Below, piece after piece: positions 25,780 through 40,772 of a DNA stretch of 64,000 nt (its first letter is position 1; every line of letters starts with the position of its first letter). The stretch comes from Octopus sinensis (Eukaryota). The notes beneath the pieces were generated by a model. The model was given only the letters and a program-made list of their open reading frames with translations. It made no database searches and had not been told where the DNA came from. Made by a program: the position numbers and the translations under genes. The stretch spans positions 79,918,001 to 79,982,000 of the forward strand of contig NC_042999.1 in assembly GCF_006345805.1 (NCBI RefSeq), in the 5' to 3' direction.

Positions 25780-27440
25780 ATCATCGCAAACGTTTCCCGT
25801 TCCCTACTGTTAGCATCCCTAAAAATAAAGCAAAAACCCCAATGGAAAGATGAGGTTAATCACAATATCTAAACGTGTTACACTCACACTGAACAACTAC
25901 GCTAAATTCTATATATTTCTGTTCGCAATTCGGTGGTGAAAACTGGCATGAAATTATGTTAGAAAATGTGCATCAAGGCCACATTGAAGAAATGAAGCTC
26001 AATAAAAAGAAAAAGATAAAGAAAACACTAATGCTATGTTAGATAAAGAAACTGAGTCGAGAAAAATAAACTAAACATAGACTTAGAAAATGGTTAGAAA
26101 TTAATGAACTAGACATAATGTTACTCACAAATGAGAGAAGGAGTTCGGGAGGAATATTTGAGACTTATTAGATTAATACTGGAAACTTAGTTAAATGCCA
26201 AAAATATGTCGTATCAATACTTTAACTGTTGCAGTAATGATGTACAGGTATAATATTCTCAACAGAACGTTAAGTGAATTAGCGAGACTAGATAGAAAAA
26301 TAGCGACTGCATTTAGAATACACTCGCCAAAAGCTGACACGGAATGATTAAATTTACCCGAAACACAAGCAAGTAAAGGTCATGTGCAATTAGAGAACTA
26401 TTATAAAATATCTACTGTTGAAATTCGAAAATATCTAATACATAACAAAGAGAAACTAATATAAATAGCTACTAAACAAAAATAAATATTCTCTGTCTTC
26501 AGGGAGACCAACAGATCTAATAGATGAGGTAGCAAACAGGTAGGGATGGAGTGGAGAAACAGCAGAAATTATTTACGAAAAAAATTAAGCTTAAAGTGTA
26601 AATGGGATTACAAAATGTCAAGATTAGACGATGGCAAGAGAAGGTCCCTATATAGCCAATACCTGGAAAAAAGTACTCTCAAAAAATTCAAAATTTGTCT
26701 GTGAAGCGTAGGACTTAAACCTGACTGCGAAGAGTTATTGATCACAACAAAACATCATAGTTTTATCACCTGAAACTACCAACAACTTTTAATGGTTAGT
26801 ATAGTATACAAGCTGTAATGTTGTAAAATACTACACAATTTGTGAAAGTTGTGAATAAACAAGAATACACGATGTTTCTTCCATTCTGTACAACATTATG
26901 CAACAGAAACAAGTTGGTGAGCTGATAGAAACGTAACCGCGCTGTACAAAACGCTTAGCGCATTTTTTCGTCAACTTCTGAGTTCAAATTCTGGCGAGAT
27001 CGACTTTGCCTTTTATTTTTTGAGACTCGTTAAAGTAAATACAGGTTGAGCACTAGGGTTCATGTGCTCGATTATCCCCTCCTCAATAAATTTTTAGGTT
27101 TTGCGCCAATAGTAGAAAACTTTATGGAATTGAAACATAATAGTTGGCACCAGTATATATTACAAAAGGTATAAGTGAGACTCAAAAAGACCATATTGTC
27201 CGATATAATGATTCATACAGGCAGATTTTAAGGGAAAACGTTTTATAATTGAGGTATCAATCTCAATGGACTTGGAAATACAGATATCCAAAATGTTGGA
27301 AACAAAAGACAAAAAGAAAAATCTGCTTGGAAATAATGGTATCAGATTTAAGCACAAAGGCAGCTATTTTGAAAGAAAAGGATTAGTCACATAGAAATAC
27401 AGGTATAGCTAGTCCTAAAAGTAAATTATCCACTGTTCAA
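25780..27440 (+). mobile_element. highly decayed R4/Dong-like LINE (interrupted by a family B SINE at ~26915-27120)
   Basis: Stop-riddled remnants collinear with 43367..45136: GMK..LE.C..ATL, ELARLDRK, H.PKAD.E.L.LP, RWQEK, GLKP.CE, KRP. Confidence 0.65.
26915..27120 (+). mobile_element. family B SINE
   Basis: GGTGAGCTGATAGAAACGT..TTCTGAGTTCAAATTCTGGCGAGATCGACTTTGCCTTT. Confidence 0.75.
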
Positions 27441-27468
27441 AGAAAGAACTCAATCCAAGATGAAATTG

Positions 27469-27542
<74 letters not shown>

Positions 27543-27580
27543 TGATAACAACAACAACAACAACAATAATAATAATAATA

Positions 27581-27973
27581 AGCCAGACAGAGTCTTAACT
27601 GAGAAATAAAACAAAATATGCTTGATCATAGATATAGCATGCCCAGCTGACAACAAGGTATGCGATAAGGAAGAAAGAAAAGTCGAGAGATATGACAGAT
27701 TAGCTTGGGAAGTTAAACAGTTGTGGTCGATGAAAAAGGTAGCAGTAGTACCAATAATTGTCGGAGCCATGGAAACAGTGAGCAAAAATCTCGAGAAGTA
27801 CGTGGAACAAGTAGGGGCTACAATAATGGTGGAGCACTTGCAGAAACAGCACTGCTTGGAACCGCTCGAATACTTCGGAAGGTGCTGGAAAAATAAGCGG
27901 TGTCACCTTAGTTCACTGTTAGCGAACAGCTGACACTGAAGTACATCCTTAATCTTAGAAGCTGTGCAAAGGT
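27581..27973 (+). mobile_element. R4/Dong-like LINE 3' end (restriction-like endonuclease C-terminus) in (AAT)n
   Basis: CLIIDIACPADNKVCDKEERKVERYDRLAWEVKQLWSMKKVAVVPIIVGA..; (AAT)n on both sides. Confidence 0.88.
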
Positions 27974-28903
27974 AATAATAATAATAATAATAATAATCAT
28001 ATCTTTTTTAACATATTGAATTCCTTTTTAAAATAATTTGATATAATCTTCCGCATTCTGTGTCTCACTGGATTTATACATGCCCTGAAAGGACATCAGA
28101 CTTTATAAACTAGCTAATCGGGCTTGTGTCACTAGAATACGCAACATTCCATTTTCAGTAACCTTTTCTATTCTGTCGCAAAACATATTTACATACTACT
28201 CCTACTTGTAATTAAAACCAAATTATTTAAGTTTTCTATGCTGTCTCCGCACCATTTAAATCAGATCCATTTGAATCTAACTTGCAAGAGAAAGCATTCA
28301 TTTGCTGACATGTTCCAATAATATTTGTTTTCTAGAAATTTATAGTAATAAGAGTGAATATTAGTGTGTACCAAGACAAGGATGCAGAACATTATGACCT
28401 ACTTATCAAATAAAATTATATATGAACTATGCTTCCCATTTGATAATAATGAAACTTAATTCGAAAGCTTTCAAATGCTGTAAATAAGAAAAAAATGCTC
28501 CATTTTGGTATAATTTGAAATGAATGATCCAATTTCCATGTGTGTAAAGAATATCGGAAAGTAGTAGCAATAGCGATGATTTCCAAATATAGAACGGAGT
28601 GAATATGTTTAACATATTTCAGTTCGGAAATTTGCCGGAGATACAAAGCCAAATTAATCATCATCATGATTCAAAATCCAATAAAGTTAATTTTTGCTTA
28701 TTTTAATTCAAATGATCTGAATCAGTTCATAGACCAAGAAAAAGTAAAAACAAATTGATAAGGAAAATATTAAGCCATTTTTCCCAGAAAAAAATTGAAG
28801 ACCATTTAATGTGTATTATAAGCGCGCGCGTGCGTACACACACACACACGCCCATATACACATAGGGTATAATGATGTATGCATGGTCAGATACAAATGT
28901 AGT

Positions 28904-30022
28904 AAAAGGTGTGTAAGATATTTGGGGACTGATTTTTGTTTATAAAAAAAAACAGATATATAATAACAGATAACTTTATTTATCAAAAAATTCTATGAGG
29001 ATAAAAATAAACCTTTTCTATAATGTTATTAAATAAAGCCACCTTCAGCTTCAACAGCTGCTTCTATATGAGATCTAAATCATCTACATGCTCGAATCAA
29101 GTGGTCTTGGTTCATTTTGGTCATTACTCTGACTATGGCAGCTTTCAAAGAATCTTTGTCGTTATGGGTGTATTCACTGACCTCTCTCTCAACAACGATC
29201 CACATGTAATAGCGCAATGGATTGAGATCTAGGGAATTAGGAAGTCAAATGTTAGGGGTTATGTGATGATGAAAATTTTCAGTCATCCATTCCTGTGTTA
29301 CAAGAGCTGTGTGATAGCGCAGAGTCATACTTGAGCACTTATGGCTTCCACTGCATACACTGTCTATCCAGGGCTTAACAATTATTTCCAGGACTGCAAT
29401 GTAGGCGGCAGAGTTAACTCTAAGGCCTTGTGGAAAGAAGTAAGGAGGCATCACATGTCCTTCATTGCTTACAAACCCTAAAACTTCAAAAGGGTCTGCA
29501 AATAATCATCTGTCATTTCTTCTGTTAACGTTTCGATCTTGGCCGAAGCTTTTCTCGTTTGAGAAAAACCAAATCAAATTTTCTGCTGAGTTTTTCAGTT
29601 TGTTTAAGAGCCTTTTAGATCCGATTTAGTGATTTTCTTTCGCTTTTCCTGGCAAATTGACCTTTCCTCGTCATATAAGACTTATATCTGATATTGCTGG
29701 ATAAATTCAAGTTTTTGATGGTTTCAGAGCGTTTAGAATGGTTTTTATGCTTTGATACTGGTGATACGTTTCCATCTTCGGTCTCTAGCTCCTTATAAAC
29801 TTTGTAGATGAAAGATCTGATAAATTTTAAAAATCGAGATATTTCAAAATCGTTATGCTCAATATTTATAACCACAATAACAGCATGTCTCTTCATTACT
29901 TGAGTAAGCTGAGTGTCTGCCATTATTATTTTCTGAAATAAAAAATATACAGAGTTAGCAAAAAATGCAACAATAACTCCAAAAAGGTATTTCCTCAAAT
30001 ACTTTACGCTTCCTGTATAACA
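28904..30022 (-). mobile_element. Tc1/mariner superfamily (maT/DD37D-like) transposon remnant
   Basis: N-terminus MADTQLTQVMKRHAVIV..; MMPPYFFPQGLRVNSAAYIAVLE..KPW; P.NSLDLNPL.YY.W; ACR.FRSHIEAAVEAEGGFI. Degenerate TIR-like ends ~28904-28925 and ~29996-30022. Confidence 0.8.
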
Positions 30023-30044
30023 TAATATAATATAATATACAATA

Positions 30045-30225
30045 ATTACTCCTAGAGGCACGCAGCCTGAAATTTGGAGGGTAGATGCTAGTCGATTACA
30101 TTGATTCCAGTAAAGGAAAGGCAAAGTCGACTTAGGCAGAATTAGAACTCGGAGCGTAAAACCGGATGAAATTCGGCGTAGCATTTCGTCCAACGTACTT
30201 ACGATTCTGTCAGATCGCCATCTTT
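30045..30225 (-). mobile_element. family B SINE, diverged
   Basis: GGCGATCTGACAGAATCGTAAG..GAGTTCTAATTCTGCC..GTCGACTTTGCCTTTCC. Confidence 0.7.
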
Positions 30226-30716
30226 ATACCATAATGTTCAATAATATAATATGATATTCGTTATTAGCGACATAAGTAGAAATAATATTCTGCACATCAT
30301 ACTTAACGAGGCTATACTGTTGAAATCCAGTATAGTGCGGTCTCCTTTCTTGACAAGTGACAAGAATCTGGATTAAGCAATTCCTCCGCCAACTTCTACA
30401 CTTTTGTACTTTATAGTTCTGAGCGTCTATACTAGATGCTTTCTCGAAACGAATATTGCAGCATTATAGCTTTCTACAGTATAACCACGTTAAATAAGAT
30501 ATAAAATGTTATCTTAATATAACATGATATGATCAGCTATAATATATGCGATATTGGCTAAAAGCACATAAATACAATTTAATTAACACCGTATTGAAGA
30601 AATTTTACCTGTAAATAATTGTCTATTGAGACAAAAGAAAAAAACCACAACAGATTCATACAAGAAAGAATTTATTCTTATGCACGAAACAATTTCGTTA
30701 ATATATTGATAAGTAT

Positions 30717-30895
30717 TAAGGTGGCAAAATGTTTAGCGGTATTTCGTCCGTCTTTACGTACTGGGTTCAAATGCCGCTGTAGTTAACCTTGCCTCTCGGA
30801 GAGTGTACAATAAGTAACCTCTTAATTACTGAAGGTGGATTTAATCGACTTAGCCCCTCCCTAAAATTGCTGGTCATCTGCCAAAATTTAAAACC
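30717..30895 (+). mobile_element. family B SINE, diverged
   Basis: TTAGCGGTATTTCGTCCGTCTTTACGTACTGGGTTCAAATGCCG. Confidence 0.65.
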
Positions 30896-31178
30896 CATTT
30901 ATTAATAGATATCAAACAAAACTTATAGCTGCCTCTTGAAACCACATTTAATCCATTGTTATTGTAAAAAATAATTGAAACAGGGGAGAGTGTATTTTAT
31001 TTAGAAATATGGAAACAAAAGCTTTAAAGGTTTTTTTAACGGGAAATAGGGGTACGTCATAAGTACCTGAAATGATCTAAGAGTGGGTAGGGTTACGAAA
31101 ATGTGATGAAAACAGGATTTTTACTACTTTTACAAGTAACAGCTTGCCAAAATTTAGGTGTGCCTTACAAGCCGTTTA

Positions 31179-33201
<2,023 letters not shown>

Positions 33202-33206
<5 letters not shown>

Positions 33207-33644
33207 AACATAAGGCAAAGTAGAAAATGCTAAAATAGTTTTACTATGAAGTACATTTTATACCGGTTTCTATCTGTTAGACTTTTGCAACTAAGAGTAA
33301 AATATGAAAAAAAAATTTTAATTGGAGAAAGAAAATTATGTGAAATATTTTGTAAACATTTTCATAATTTTGAAATAGGTAAATGTCTCCTTCTACTTAC
33401 CTACAAAGCATTCACAAAGGAAGAGACGCAGACAGACAGACTATTTAAAGACTGTGGAAATATTTACCTATATATGAAGACAATGTAAATATTTACAAAA
33501 TATTTCACTTAATTTTTTTTCCAATGTAATTATTTTTCTTATTTTGCTCTCGGTTGAAAAAGCCTAAAAGTTGGAAACCGGTACTAAAATGTACTATATA
33601 ATAAAATTATTTTAGCATTTTCTACCTTGTCTTATTTTCCTTAT
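33202..33644. repeat. palindromic element (~160-bp arms) in (TA)n with hammerhead-like motifs
   Basis: Arms ~33202-33362 and ~33487-33644; TTGAAAA..GAAAC-CG-GTA motif at ~33554-33583. Confidence 0.75.
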
Positions 33645-33701
33645 ATATATCAACTCATGTGTTACTGTTCTACCTTCAACACACACACACATATAAAAAT
33701 A

Positions 33702-33738
<37 letters not shown>

Positions 33739-34026
33739 CAAAGTTGATATCTGAAATAAAATAATAGAATAGAGTACTACATTCTTACATGTATATGTAA
33801 AATGTGTATGTATATAAATTAAATATGTCTGTGTTTACATATATATAAATTTACTACAAGACATGAGGATGCAGAAAAAGCATCAACCTGTTTAGAAATA
33901 GGAGCTAAACTCTTAATTCAACCACAGGAAGGTAGCAAATAACAGGAAAACAAGAGTAGGTGAGGAAACGGATAAAGAATTAAGACATAAATAAACACAT
34001 ACCTTTAATGAATATGCAAATCAGAT

Positions 34027-34085
34027 ACTCATATACTATGGTTTCGGATCCTGGCCCGAGGACCTCAACCTTCTTCAGTATCAGT
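34027..34085 (-). ncRNA. hammerhead ribozyme motif
   Basis: Minus ACTGATA-CTGAAGA-A-GG..CC-GAAAC-CATA-GTA-TATGAGT. Stem I has one mismatch; core intact. Confidence 0.7.
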
Positions 34086-34229
34086 CTCTGGTAAAAATTC
34101 TAAGTCCGTTACGTTATAAATCTGCCAGTGATATGGCTTGTTTTGCGCCAAGCCGGCCCAAATGCAATATATATATAAGCAAAAACATTCGAGTATTTAC
34201 ACTCGAAGTAAGATGTTATTATTGTTAAT

Positions 34230-34758
34230 ATAATCTGCGGTGAATATTTTTAATACGAACATTTCAGAGTGTTTGGATGTCAATATGAGGACAGTGCATG
34301 TATTGAGAGTGATAAAACATCCAGTCAACATTATGGTGTTCGGAGTGACCGCTAGTGATGGCAACGTTATACCTCCGTTCATCTCCCACATGGCCTCAGA
34401 TTCAACACAGAGTCTTACATTAAATGTCAGGAGTGAGTAGTGCTACCCCGGGTCAAGAGGGTAGCTGCTGGAAGACACTAGATCTAGCAACAGGACTCAG
34501 CACCATGCCACACAAGCAAGAGAATCCAACCATGACTGTCAGACAATTTCACCCCCAATCACATCACCCCTAACATCTGGACACCTACCTTCCCAGACCA
34601 CAACCCTTTCATTATTATGTATGGAGATCAACAAAACTCCTTGTAATACCAAAGATGAACTGAAGGCAAGGATTGTGGCAGTATTCACCAACTTAAACAA
34701 GGAGACCATCCAGAAGAGCTGCAGGAGATTCCGAAATCATCTGGAGGTTGTGGTTGAA
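34230..34758 (+). mobile_element. maT/DD37D-like transposase remnant
   Basis: KHPVNIMVFGVTASDGNVIPPFI; QQDSAPCHTSK; PDHNPFHYY; NTKDELKARIVAVF..CRRFRNHLEVVVE. Confidence 0.8.
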
Positions 34759-34761
34759 TAT

Positions 34762-34991
34762 TTACTCTTTTACTTGTTTCAGTCATTTGACTGTGGCCAT
34801 GCTGGAGTACCGCCTTTAGTCGAGCATATCGAGTCCGGGACTTATTCTTTGTAAGCCTAGTACTTATACTATCGGTCTCTTTTGCCGAACCGCTAAGTTA
34901 CAAGGACGTAAACACACCAGCATCTGTTGTCAAGCAATGTTGGGGGGACAAACACAGACACACAAACACACACACACACACACACATACAT

Positions 34992-35053
<62 letters not shown>

Positions 35054-35215
35054 GACGGGCTTCTTTCAGTTTCCGTCTACCAAATCTACTCACAAGGCTT
35101 TCGTCGGCCCGAGGCTATAGTAGAAGACACTTGCCCAAGGTGCCACGCGGTGGGATTGAGCCCGAAACCATGTGGTTTGTAAGCAAACTACTTACAACAG
35201 AGCCACTCCTATGCC
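34762..35215 (-). mobile_element. SINE family A
   Basis: Full copy with internal (TA)n/(CA)n. Confidence 0.9.
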
Positions 35216-35605
35216 TATTCTTTAGTATTTCAACATATTTTTATGTAATTTTGTTAAATATATCCGTTATATGCGTAATTTAGACGACAATATATTCACC
35301 GCATCCTGTTATTATATAACATACGATGGTACTGTGTGGACTGAGATCCGTTAGATAAAGTGCTAAACATTTATAGTATGTATACCAATCAGTATCCCCG
35401 TTTCTCTGAAGCTACTGAATTTCTATATATTTAAATAGCTTGCCTGTTAATTATTTTCCGGGATTGGTCAAACGATTTTCCCACATATGATTATACCCCA
35501 ATATAGGTCCAAAATTAATCGAGGTTTTTCGTCATTTTTCAATAAAGGAGGAATTGGGAAAGCTGCCGTGTTTGTATGCCTTAGCTTTCAGATACACTTA
35601 CACAC

Positions 35606-35780
<175 letters not shown>

Positions 35781-36076
35781 AATTTATCTATTTGTGTGTG
35801 TGTGCGTGTGGAACTCCCTCATTCCCCAGAAGCCATTGAAAATGCAAGTACACTGGCTGTGCGCCAGCATGTTTACAAACGTTGTGCTGAAACGTATAAG
35901 GGAATAATACACACATACACACACACACACATACACATATATATATTCATATATACATCGTACACTGCACATTTCGACGCTTCTAATAAAAAACAAATAT
36001 TTGTTTGTTTATTTTTTCACACTGACACATGCGCGCGCGCACATACACACAAATACTAACAAACACACGCACATAT

Positions 36077-37017
36077 GATTTTGATTTTGATTTTGATTTT
36101 TCCAGTTTCAGCTAATGAGCTGTGGCCATGCTGGGGCACCGCCATTTGGTTTGCTACACGATTTTACCTCACGGATGCTTTTTAGCAAACGCCATCTGAT
36201 GCATGAGAGAGTTCGATGCAGCTGCCCTCATCTGCACCTCCTGCCGTGAAGTTGGTTCATCCGGGACACCTGACAGGAAGAGATCCAGTCCTACTTTAAA
36301 GACATCCGCATCTACACCATGCAGGCCCTCAGGTTCTTCGGGAGGATATTGAAGAGCCGTGGGCCTCTGAAGCCCAGGCTATCACAATATCTTGTCCTAC
36401 ATCTTGATGGCAAATTTGGAGTCCTTGGTACTACGCAGTGGCGTCCGGTTCTGGCATTTGTGTGACTCTCGATGCCAAAGTCTGGGACAAGACCTTCCAG
36501 GATCTTCCAGATATATATTATGGCATATCTTTCTCGTCTACGCTCCGGGGAATAGAGCTTTAATCTCTTGAGTCTTTCCCAGTAGCTCATATGCTGCACA
36601 GAGGCTATCTTCTTCGTGTAGCTTCGTTGGATCGCCTCAAGTTCTGTGATCAACTTGACAATGGATGGTGACCATAGCTGAGAGCAATAGTCAAAGTGGC
36701 TCAGGACAAGTGTCTTCCAGAGGACCATCATGGTTTCTTGTTCTCTTGTTCCAAAGGTTCTAAGAATCCATCCAGCCAGCCGTCTACATTTCATTGTCAG
36801 TTTAGCAACATGTACATGAAAGGTCGCGTCATCACTCATGTGAATACCCAGGTCACGCACTGATTGTGCCTCCGGGATTGCAATCCCTCCGGGTCCAGTG
36901 TATTCATTGGGTATTGCATTCAGTTTTGCATGCTGATAGTGTAAAGCTTGAAACTTTTCAGCATTGAACTGCATGCTATTCTTTTCAGCCCACTTGTATA
37001 TTTCGTCCAGCTCACAT
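36077..37017 (-). mobile_element. 5'-truncated CR1/L2-group LINE (RT thumb/C-terminus plus 3'UTR)
   Basis: ELDEIYKWAEKNSMQFNAEKFQ..VRDLGI..LSHFDYCSQLWSP..LEAIQRSYTK..YWERLKRLKLYS.ERRRER. Tail GGCGGTGCCCCAGCATGGCCACAGCTC..CTGAAAC plus (AAAATC)n. Confidence 0.93.
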
Positions 37018-37253
37018 TGCATATATACATACATATTTTTGAAAAGTCTTTCTGAACATTACTTCAAGTATAAAGATGATTTTTTAAAAAGAATTATAAA
37101 ATATTTTATCAGGACGTTACTAAACCTTTTGGAAGAAGATTTCTTCGTAGTGTGAGCGAGCACTTTCAATTATATCTTTTGAAACACACTTATACATACA
37201 TACGTATATACATGCTCATACGCATGCGCACACGCACTCACACACACACCTAC

Positions 37254-37358
<105 letters not shown>

Positions 37359-39751
37359 TGTGTGTGTGTGTATGTGTGTGTATTTGTGTGTGTGTATACA
37401 TTATTATATATTGGCACTGACTTTATTTCTAAGCATATTTCATTAAAGGCACAACTGCGTTTCACTTTTACCTTTGCATTACAGACTTATTACATTTTCC
37501 TATAAGTTTCTTGCAGTTAGTTTGGAACAGCAAAATAAATTAATACGCGAATGCTCACTTCGAAACCAAACCGTCGAATACCTTTGGCGGTGTAACTACA
37601 AAAGTTAGATTAGTCTATATGGAGCAAGTTAGATGCTAAATCTATTTGAATTCTTGAAAATATCATTGTGAACGTGTGGAAACGTTTAATATATGTATAA
37701 GAACTTTAGTTTTGCAAACTAACTGTTGGAAACTGATACGAAAATATGAAAAAATGTATAAAAAATAATACAAGATCGTGTCTTCAATAATGCATACTGA
37801 ATAATGTTGAATCATGCTTCATGATCGGTAGGGTTGACGAAAATAAACCGAGGATGCAGTTGGTCATCTGACTGGATTGGTACCTACATCAGAAGAGAAT
37901 GGAATTTGCCTTTTCAAAGCGTAAGCTAGAAATAATGTTTAGTTAATATTATGTGATATATGTCGGTAGTTGATATAAGCTAATGTAAAGTCTGTTAAAT
38001 ATACAGAAATATATTTGTATGTATATCGATATGAATGTATGTTAGTAATAAAGAACAAAGTATATTACTCTTTGCTGAACATGTGATACAAAGCATGTTA
38101 TGCAAAAGTAAGTGAGAGCCAATTTCAGGGGAAAAAAACTGACAGATTTCCGAGTAGTGTCTAATGACATTCTGCTCGTTCGCTCAATACTCCAGTGTTT
38201 TACAATACATGTGAAACTTCTAGAAATTTCGGAAACAGAATTTGATTACTGTACTTATCGTAACTATATTTAATGTTACGTTTATGTATGTGTTTTACAA
38301 GATTCCTGATATAAAACAGATATTGTCATATTTCAGGACAGATGTGTGTTAAAACAGATATTGTTATATTCCGAGACGGTCACTTTTTTTTTCTTGCCAG
38401 GTAAATACACGCACTATATATGCGTTCTTCACTCGATTATTATTGTTCTTATTTTATGTCCATTGTCTAGAAATCTTGCGTCACACACCTGTGATCTCTT
38501 CAACGACTCTCCATCCCACATATAGACACAGGGTGGGTGTCGACGATGAGATCTAATAGAGAGTTACTACACGCATATCTTGAATTTTCAAGCGTACTTA
38601 GCGATGTAAGCAACGTAAAATGAATTCAATCCGGGGTTTGTAACTGGATTGCAGATTTCGTTCATCCAGAATTTTGATCTGACGCTACTCCTCACTACTC
38701 CTTATATCTCTTTGACTAATCTAGGATTCGTAGTATACACGTTAAGACCAACCGCAGATTGAAGGAAAAAAAAAAGAGAGAAAAAACATTTCATAGACAT
38801 ATCGTTATCCATAGACATATAGACGAAACCAGACACATCTGTACATCTATGTATACACGCATACACACACAGAAATATGCATACATTCATATGTATGCGT
38901 GTGTATTATTTAGAACCCTATATTAGTTACAAAAGTTATCAGATCTTTACATATCACAAGAAAAAAAAATAGCGGCCCAACTCACATAGTCGAAATCTCT
39001 AGAGAGCAAGGAATACTGCACCATGACTTCTGATGATAATTCATGTGCTTATTCTACTTATTAGAAATCAACACTCGACATAATGCATTCCTTCATACAT
39101 ACGTACTTAAACGCATACATACATACATACATAAAAACACACATTCTCACACATACCTTCTTGCACCTTTGTCAAGAGAGTGATGATGATATTACCTGCA
39201 GGTCCACACACTCAAACACACCACACACACACACACATACACATACACTCACGCACACATGCACACACACGCACACACATACACAGGCGAACGCACCACA
39301 TACATATGTATATATATACCTGTTGTCTGTATTGCATGTACATTACAGTGAATAAAATTAGGTGTTAGGTAAAGTTACAGAAATACGAGTAAATCGCTGA
39401 ACGTAGATATCCGTATGTGTATATGTACGAGTAAGTATGTATGTATCTACATATGCCTTTATGAGAATATGTTATTTAGCTATGCGTGCGGTTGTGAAAG
39501 GGTAGGGGGCTGGTGGTGTCTGAGGTTTAGGTTATGGCATTGGCAAACCCTGAAGGATATATGAAGCGCTTTCTCGGGGCTGTCATCTTCTATCTGATTT
39601 CACAGAGGCGGGGGTTCTTGATATCCACCGAGAAATCTAGAATGTATAAAAGAAACTCAAGAAATAATAATCGTCAGGAATATGATGGTGTTATTATTGA
39701 TGAAGATGATGATGTTAATGATTATGATGTAAATAAAAATTATTTATGGTT

Positions 39752-40022
39752 TCTAATTTAGGCGAAAGATCAGCAATTTTTGAAATGGGTCACGTAGACG
39801 ATACAATCGAGCTCAGAACTTGACCAGTACTACTTTTTATCGACTGCGGAGGAATGAAAGACGAATGAAAGACGAAACTGGCCTCGGTGAGATTGAACTC
39901 AGAGCGTAAAGATTGGGAAAGCTTTAACGATTTATTCCAAAACATAATTACAGAACGTAGCGACGGATAAAATGCCGCTAAGTTTGCCCGGTCTACTAAC
40001 GATTCTGCCAGCTCGCCGCCTT
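39752..40022 (-). mobile_element. family B SINE fragments
   Basis: Head AAGGCGGCGAGCTGGCAGAATCGTTAG at ~40022; diverged Meta-like domain at ~39830-39900. Confidence 0.7.
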
Positions 40023-40108
40023 GCTACTACTACTACTACTACTACTAATAATAATAATAATAATAATATAATAATAATAATAATAATAATAACAACAAGA
40101 ACAACAAG

Positions 40109-40153
<45 letters not shown>

Positions 40154-40291
40154 AATAATAATAACAACAACAACAACAACAACAAATAATAATAATAATA
40201 ATAATAACAACAAGAACAACAAGAACAAGAACAAGAACAACAACAACAACAATAATAATAATAATAATAATATAATAATAATAATAATAAT

Positions 40292-40442
40292 AAGGGTGGA
40301 GCACTTGCAGAAAACAGCACTGCTTGGAACTGCTCGAATACTCCGGATGGTGCTTGGAAAATAAAAGGTGTTACCTTAGTTCACTGGTATTGAACAGCTG
40401 ACACCGTAGTACACCTCCACCGTTAGAAGCTGTGCAAAGACA
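40292..40442 (+). mobile_element. R4/Dong-like LINE extreme 3' end (same family as 27581..27973)
   Basis: RVEHLQKTALLGTARILRMVLGK* plus shared 3'UTR; inside (AAT)n. Confidence 0.85.
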
Positions 40443-40459
40443 ATAAAATAATAATAATA

Positions 40460-40675
40460 ATCCTCCCTACTAAACGCACAAGGCTTGAAATTTGTGGGAG
40501 GGGGACAAGTCGATCATATCGACCTCAGTGTTTCATTGATTCTTAATTTATCAACCCCGAAAGGATCAAAAGCAAAGTCTACGACGGTGGAATTTAGACT
40601 GAGAATGTAAGGCCGGACGAAATGTCACTAAGCATGCGCGAGGAGAACAAATGATTCTGCCAGCTCACCGCCTTA
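40460..40675 (-). mobile_element. family B SINE
   Basis: AAGGCGGTGAGCTGGCAGAATC..GATCCTTTCGGGGTTGATAAATTAAG. Confidence 0.8.
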
Positions 40676-40683
40676 ACAACAAC

Positions 40684-40770
<87 letters not shown>

Positions 40771-40772
<2 letters not shown>

